Source of the DNA: an uncultured Nitrospiraceae bacterium
GTDB taxonomy: Bacteria; Nitrospirota; Nitrospiria; Nitrospirales; Nitrospiraceae
Assembly (NCBI GenBank): GCA_963846575.1
Contig: CAWJWJ010000002.1
Span: 2,720,001 to 2,784,000 of the forward strand
DNA length: 64,000 bases
Direction: 5' to 3'
How positions within the stretch are numbered: the stretch's first letter is position 1; the number at the start of each line of letters is the position of its first letter. Positions 59,641 through 64,000 of this stretch are shown here, piece after piece. The notes beneath the pieces are model-generated. The model made no database searches. It saw only the letters and a program-made list of their open reading frames with translations, and was not told the origin of the DNA. The translations under genes and the position numbers were made by a program.

Positions 59641-59851
59641 GGAGTCTCCACTTCTTTGCAGGGTGTACGGTCACGGACATCATCCATGGCGCGCAGAGCC
59701 GCCGCCACCAGCTTTGACCGCTCAGGCACGGCACCACTCGAGCCGATCGAGCAGATCAGGATTGCCTGATCCTTTCCGGTCGAGCAGACGCGCTGTGTTC
59801 AACCCCGGCCACTCCCCCCGTGGCGGCCGCAGAAGCCATTCGCGTCCCCGG

Positions 59852-60340
59852 TCAGACAAAGTGGTTATCATGCCGGAGGCAGACATCCAGCCACTCCTGG
59901 GCGGTGAACGGACGCCCGGCGGCCCTTTCCGAGAGGGCTTCGAAATACCCTTCCCGGGGCGCACCCGGAGCAAAGAGCAGCAGCATCGAGGCAGGCTCGT
60001 CCGCCTCATTGTGAAAGGCGTGCAGGCCTCCCTCCGGGACATAAAGAAACGCTCCCGGCTTCGCGTCGATCCACCGGTCTCCATTGAAGAATCTGATGGT
60101 CCCGGACAGGATGAAGAACGATTCCGATATGGTCCGGTGGAAGTGAGTCTTCGGGCCGGGCGTGCGTGGCTTGGCATCCCACCGATAGAGGCCGAATTGT
60201 CCGTTGGTGGAGGCTCCGGTGGCCAGATAGTGGACGGCCGTATCGGAACCGATCATCAGCGGGCTGGCCTCATTGACGGGGCGAATGGTTGCACTGACCT
60301 CACCCTCGTCGCCACGGTAGCGGGGATCGGGATAGGACAT
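59852..60340 (-). CDS. Cupin domain protein
   Basis: HFHRTISESFFILSG, VPEGGLHAFHN. Confidence 0.9.
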   Translation of the reverse strand: MSYPDPRYRGDEGEVSATIRPVNEASPLMIGSDTAVHYLATGASTNGQFGLYRWDAKPRTPGPKTHFHRTISESFFILSGTIRFFNGDRWIDAKPGAFLYVPEGGLHAFHNEADEPASMLLLFAPGAPREGYFEALSERAAGRPFTAQEWLDVCLRHDNHFV

Positions 60341-60446
60341 TAAAGGCTCCTTTCACCGCGGGAGCGGTTGTCCGGTCGAGCCTGTTCATTGCAGCAGCGA
60401 CATCCTGCGAGACAACTCTCTTCGCCGCGCGGCTTCTCCGCCGCCT

Positions 60447-63400
60447 TTAGCGTGCGACCTGGCCCTCGGCCAGGACCAATTCCTCCTGATCGCTCTCCGC
60501 GTCGAGCCGGCTTGGCTGATGCCGGGCCGCAATCAGGGAATAAAACACCGGGACGACGAACAGGGTAAAGAGAGTGCCGACGGTCATGCCGGTGACCAGC
60601 ACCATGCCGATGCTGTTCCGGGCTTCAGCTCCCGGCCCGGAAACCAGGACCAGAGGCAGATGTCCGAAGACCGTGGCGGCCGAGGTCATCAGCACCGGCC
60701 GTAACCTCGTCAGGGACGCCTCGCGCAGGGCCGCGTCCTTGGAAAGACCGCGAGCCTGCAGCGTGTTGGCGAATTCCACAATGAGAATGCCGTTCTTCGC
60801 GATCAGGCCGACGAGGGTGATCAGACCCACTTGTGAATAGATATTGATCGTGGTGAGGTCCAGAAAACTGAACACCAGCGCGCCGGAGATCGCGAGCGGC
60901 ACCGAACCGAGCAGCACGATCAGCGGATCGCGAAAACTGTGGAACTGGGCCGCCAGCACCAGATAGATCAGGAGGACCGCAAACCCGAGGGTGACAGTGA
61001 GCGCCGAACCCTCTCGACGGATCTGCCGGGACTCCCCCGCATGGTCGAGCACCACTCGCGGGCCACGCGCCGCAGCCGCAGCCTCCTCCAGCACGCGCAA
61101 TCCTTCTTCCTTCGTCACCCCCGGCTTGACGCCGCCGAACACCCGGGCCGCGTTGCGCTGTTGAAAACGATTCAACGTGCGGGGGGCGGTCCCCGTTTCG
61201 ATGTGCGTGAAGGTGGAGACCGGCACGAGCTGGCCGCTCGGAGTCTTGATCTTCAAATCAAGCAAGGGACCGACTGTGGCGCGGTCCTCATCACCGATCT
61301 GCGGGATGACTTTGTAGCTGCGGTCGAAAAAGTTGAAACGATTCACGTAGGCCCCGCCGAGCAATGTCCCCAGTTCCTGCCCGACCCCGGCGAGGTCAAG
61401 CCCGAGATCCGCGAGACGCTCGCGATCGAGCACGACCCGCGCCTGCGGCAGGTCGATTTTCAAATCCGTGTCCACATACAGAAACTTGCCGCTCTGCCAA
61501 CCCGCGCCAACCACGGCTCCAAGGGTCTCGAGCATCTGCTCCGGCGGAGCATCATATTGCAAGACCAGCTCGACATCGTACTGTCCGGGGGTCGGCAGCG
61601 GCGGATCCAGACGGGGAAAGACCCGCAGCCCGGGCGTTTGCGACACGGCGCCGTAGACCTGGCCGTACATCTCCTCGGTCGAACGCGCCCGCTCATGCCA
61701 GTCTTTGGCGACCATCCCGCCAAAGCCCCCCCAGGACGTGGTCAGAGACCACATGAACTTCGCCTCGGGGAATGACGTGATCGCTTTGACGACGGTGTCC
61801 GCCTCGCGGTCGGTCGCCTCCAGCGTCGAATCCGGAGCCGCTTCGAGAAAGAGGCTGATGTGACTTTGGTCCTCGACCGGCGCGAGCTCCTGCCGCGAGA
61901 ACGTGTAGAGCGGCAACGCCGCGATCATGACGAGGAGGGCGGCGACGACAATCGCCCACCGCATCTCCAGCGCCCCGTCGAGCAGCCTGGCGTACCGGTT
62001 CCGCACCGCGTCGAAGACACGGTTGACGTGCCGGGTCAGCCAGCCCTGCTTGCCCTGTGGATGCACGAACCGCGAACTCATCATCGGCGACAGCGTGATG
62101 GCAACCACGCCGGAGACCACGACTGCCGCGGCCAGCGTGATGGCAAACTCGAGAAAAAGCGAGCCGGTCAGGCCGCCCTGAAACCCGATGGGCGTATAGA
62201 CCACCGCCAACGTGATGGTCATCGCGATGATCGGGCCGAGCAACTCCCGCGCGCCGATAAGGGCGGCTTCCAGCCTGGATTTGCCCAGGCGCACATGCCG
62301 CTCGACGTTCTCCACTACGACGATCGCGTCGTCCACGACGAGGCCGACCGACAGCACGATGGCGAGCATGGTCAACAGGTTGAGGCTGAACCCGAAAGCC
62401 AGCATGACGATCGCGGCACCGATGAGCGAAACCGGCATCGCCAGCAGCGGCACCAGGGCGGTGCGAACCGAGCCCATAAAGAGGAAGACCACCAGGCCCA
62501 CGATCATGATCGTCTCGGAGAGGGTCTTGGTAATCTCTCTGAGGGCATCTTCCATGAAGACCGTGCCGTCATAGGCGAGATGCATGTCGATGTCGCTCGG
62601 CAATGTCGGACGGAGTCGTTCCATTTCGGCCCGCAGGCGGTGAGCCACCTCGATCTCATTGGAGCCCACCAGAGGCCAGACTCCGAGATAGACCGCGTCG
62701 CGGCCGCTGAACTTCGCCATCATCTCAGCCTCTTCGGCACCAAGCTGGACCCGGGCCACGTCCCGAAGACGCACCATGGCCCCGCCCCGATCACTGACGA
62801 TCAGCTCTTCGAATTCCTTGACGGAGCGCAGGTCGGTGTTGGCCAGCAGGTTGAGCTGCACGACGTTGCCCTTCGTCCGGCCGACGGCTGCGAGGAAGTT
62901 GTTGCGTCGCAAGGCTGCCTGCACGTCGCCCGGCGAGAGGTTGAGCGCGGCCAGCCGATCCGGGTCGATCCAGATGCGCATGGCGATCTGCCGGCCGCCC
63001 TCGATGGTCACGCGCTGGACCCCGGCCAGGGTGGAAAGCTGCGGTTGCATGGTCCGCGCAAGCCAGTCGGTGATCCCCGGCACGTCCCGGCCAGTCGATG
63101 AAAAGCTGAGATAGAAGGAGGCATAGGGACGGTCGGCGCGCTGCACCTCGACCGCGGGAGGTTCGGCTGCCGCCGGCAGTTCCGAGCGGGCCTGCTGGAG
63201 GCGGGCGGTGATTTCGGCCAGCGCCGCCGTGCTGTCGTGGTTCAACTTCAGGTGGACGGTGACGGTGCTCACGCCGGCCCGGCTGGTCGATTCCAGATAG
63301 TCTACGCCGCCGATCGCCGACACCACCCGTTCAATGGGCGTGGTGAGGAATCCCCGCACCGTCTCTGCGCTGGCGCCATAATAGATGGTGGTGATGACGA

Positions 63401-63536
63401 CCGAGGAGCTCTCGATTTTCGGATACTGCTGCACGGGCAGCACGGTGAGCGCCCGCCACCCGATGAGCACGATCGCGAGGTTGACGACGATCGCGAGCAC
63501 GGGATGTCTGATAAAAGTATCGGTGATGGAACGCAT
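60447..63536 (-). CDS. RND efflux permease (MexW/MexI-like HAE1)
   Basis: FIRHPVLA, GLVVDDAIVVVEN, GLIAKNGILIVEFAN, RLRPVLMT. Confidence 0.95.
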   Translation of the reverse strand: MRSITDTFIRHPVLAIVVNLAIVLIGWRALTVLPVQQYPKIESSSVVITTIYYGASAETVRGFLTTPIERVVSAIGGVDYLESTSRAGVSTVTVHLKLNHDSTAALAEITARLQQARSELPAAAEPPAVEVQRADRPYASFYLSFSSTGRDVPGITDWLARTMQPQLSTLAGVQRVTIEGGRQIAMRIWIDPDRLAALNLSPGDVQAALRRNNFLAAVGRTKGNVVQLNLLANTDLRSVKEFEELIVSDRGGAMVRLRDVARVQLGAEEAEMMAKFSGRDAVYLGVWPLVGSNEIEVAHRLRAEMERLRPTLPSDIDMHLAYDGTVFMEDALREITKTLSETIMIVGLVVFLFMGSVRTALVPLLAMPVSLIGAAIVMLAFGFSLNLLTMLAIVLSVGLVVDDAIVVVENVERHVRLGKSRLEAALIGARELLGPIIAMTITLAVVYTPIGFQGGLTGSLFLEFAITLAAAVVVSGVVAITLSPMMSSRFVHPQGKQGWLTRHVNRVFDAVRNRYARLLDGALEMRWAIVVAALLVMIAALPLYTFSRQELAPVEDQSHISLFLEAAPDSTLEATDREADTVVKAITSFPEAKFMWSLTTSWGGFGGMVAKDWHERARSTEEMYGQVYGAVSQTPGLRVFPRLDPPLPTPGQYDVELVLQYDAPPEQMLETLGAVVGAGWQSGKFLYVDTDLKIDLPQARVVLDRERLADLGLDLAGVGQELGTLLGGAYVNRFNFFDRSYKVIPQIGDEDRATVGPLLDLKIKTPSGQLVPVSTFTHIETGTAPRTLNRFQQRNAARVFGGVKPGVTKEEGLRVLEEAAAAARGPRVVLDHAGESRQIRREGSALTVTLGFAVLLIYLVLAAQFHSFRDPLIVLLGSVPLAISGALVFSFLDLTTINIYSQVGLITLVGLIAKNGILIVEFANTLQARGLSKDAALREASLTRLRPVLMTSAATVFGHLPLVLVSGPGAEARNSIGMVLVTGMTVGTLFTLFVVPVFYSLIAARHQPSRLDAESDQEELVLAEGQVAR

Positions 63537-63570
63537 GTGGAAAGGTCCTCTTCGCGGGGTTACGGTCCGT

Positions 63571-64000
63571 TCAGCGAGGCTCGCCGGCTTGATCCTGCCC
63601 CTGTGCAGGCTGGGGGGCATTGGCGACCGCCACGAGCACCGCGTCGCGAAGCTTGAAGGAGCCGGAGGCGGCGACCTGTTCACCCGCAGATAACCCGGCG
63701 AGCACGACGACCTCATCCCCGAGCATGGTCCCGCTATCGATCCGCCGCACATAGGCTCTGGTCTTGCCGTCCTCAGCCGGCGCGATCACGAACACCTGGT
63801 CGCCTCCGGGCCCCTTGCGTACCGCGCTGACGGGAACCGCCACGGCCTGCTGCATGGGACCGACCGGAACTTGGACTCGCACGGATGCCCCGGGCGAGGG
63901 CGCTCGAGTTCCGTTCTTGATCCGCGCACGCACCATCGCATTGCGGGTCGTGGGATCGACCCGCGCATCAATGGCCACGATCTTCGCGGGGATCGGTGAC
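63571..64000 (-). CDS. RND periplasmic adaptor (MFP), C-terminal part, cut by window end
   Basis: AIDARVDPTTRNAMVRA, VPVSAV, GLSAGEQVAASGSFKLR. Confidence 0.88.
   Translation of the reverse strand, partial: SPIPAKIVAIDARVDPTTRNAMVRARIKNGTRAPSPGASVRVQVPVGPMQQAVAVPVSAVRKGPGGDQVFVIAPAEDGKTRAYVRRIDSGTMLGDEVVVLAGLSAGEQVAASGSFKLRDAVLVAVANAPQPAQGQDQAGEPR

Noticed and set aside
1..64000. CRISPR array, rRNA, intact IS transposase, reverse transcriptase
   Set aside because: No regularly spaced repeats or recognisable motifs found by eye

Overview
Bacterial chromosomal window, GC-rich by eye. The gene families (small Zn-ribbon protein, single-domain PilZ proteins, STAS-RND cassette, HpnA/HpnG) suggest a Nitrospira-like organism, which is an inference. 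Positions 1-5.5 kb are the decayed end of an integrative element at the 3' end of tRNA-Glu(TTC). It contains a broken large serine recombinase whose last codons lie in the tRNA antisense strand, a frameshifted terminase small subunit, a 15-codon hsdM-like scar and a PilZ-EamA fusion. Next come glgB, lipoproteins, a DUF2235 hydrolase and a STAS-MFP-RND-OMF efflux operon; the last two each have a candidate sigma54 promoter. Positions 19.6-27.8 kb hold a dense minus-strand cluster of YciI/DGPF, VOC/PhnB, DUF899, DUF1579, BNR beta-propeller and ubiquitin-like MoaD/ThiS genes. Four intergenic copies of a YGTCGA-N16-CGAC(T/G)A motif there match the ECF42 promoter, and an ECF42 sigma factor gene lies about 10.5 kb away. 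The rest is a patchwork of accessory genes: hpnA/hpnG, cupins, a C1 peptidase, a BLUF-PsiE fusion, Nudix, DLH, MscS, GNAT, Usp, DoxX and a methyltransferase. It also has a PAS kinase/HDOD/degenerate-HD signalling operon with a candidate sigma28 promoter, and a second RND system cut by the window end. No CRISPR array, rRNA or intact transposase was seen. All family calls come from visual motif recognition, not database searches.
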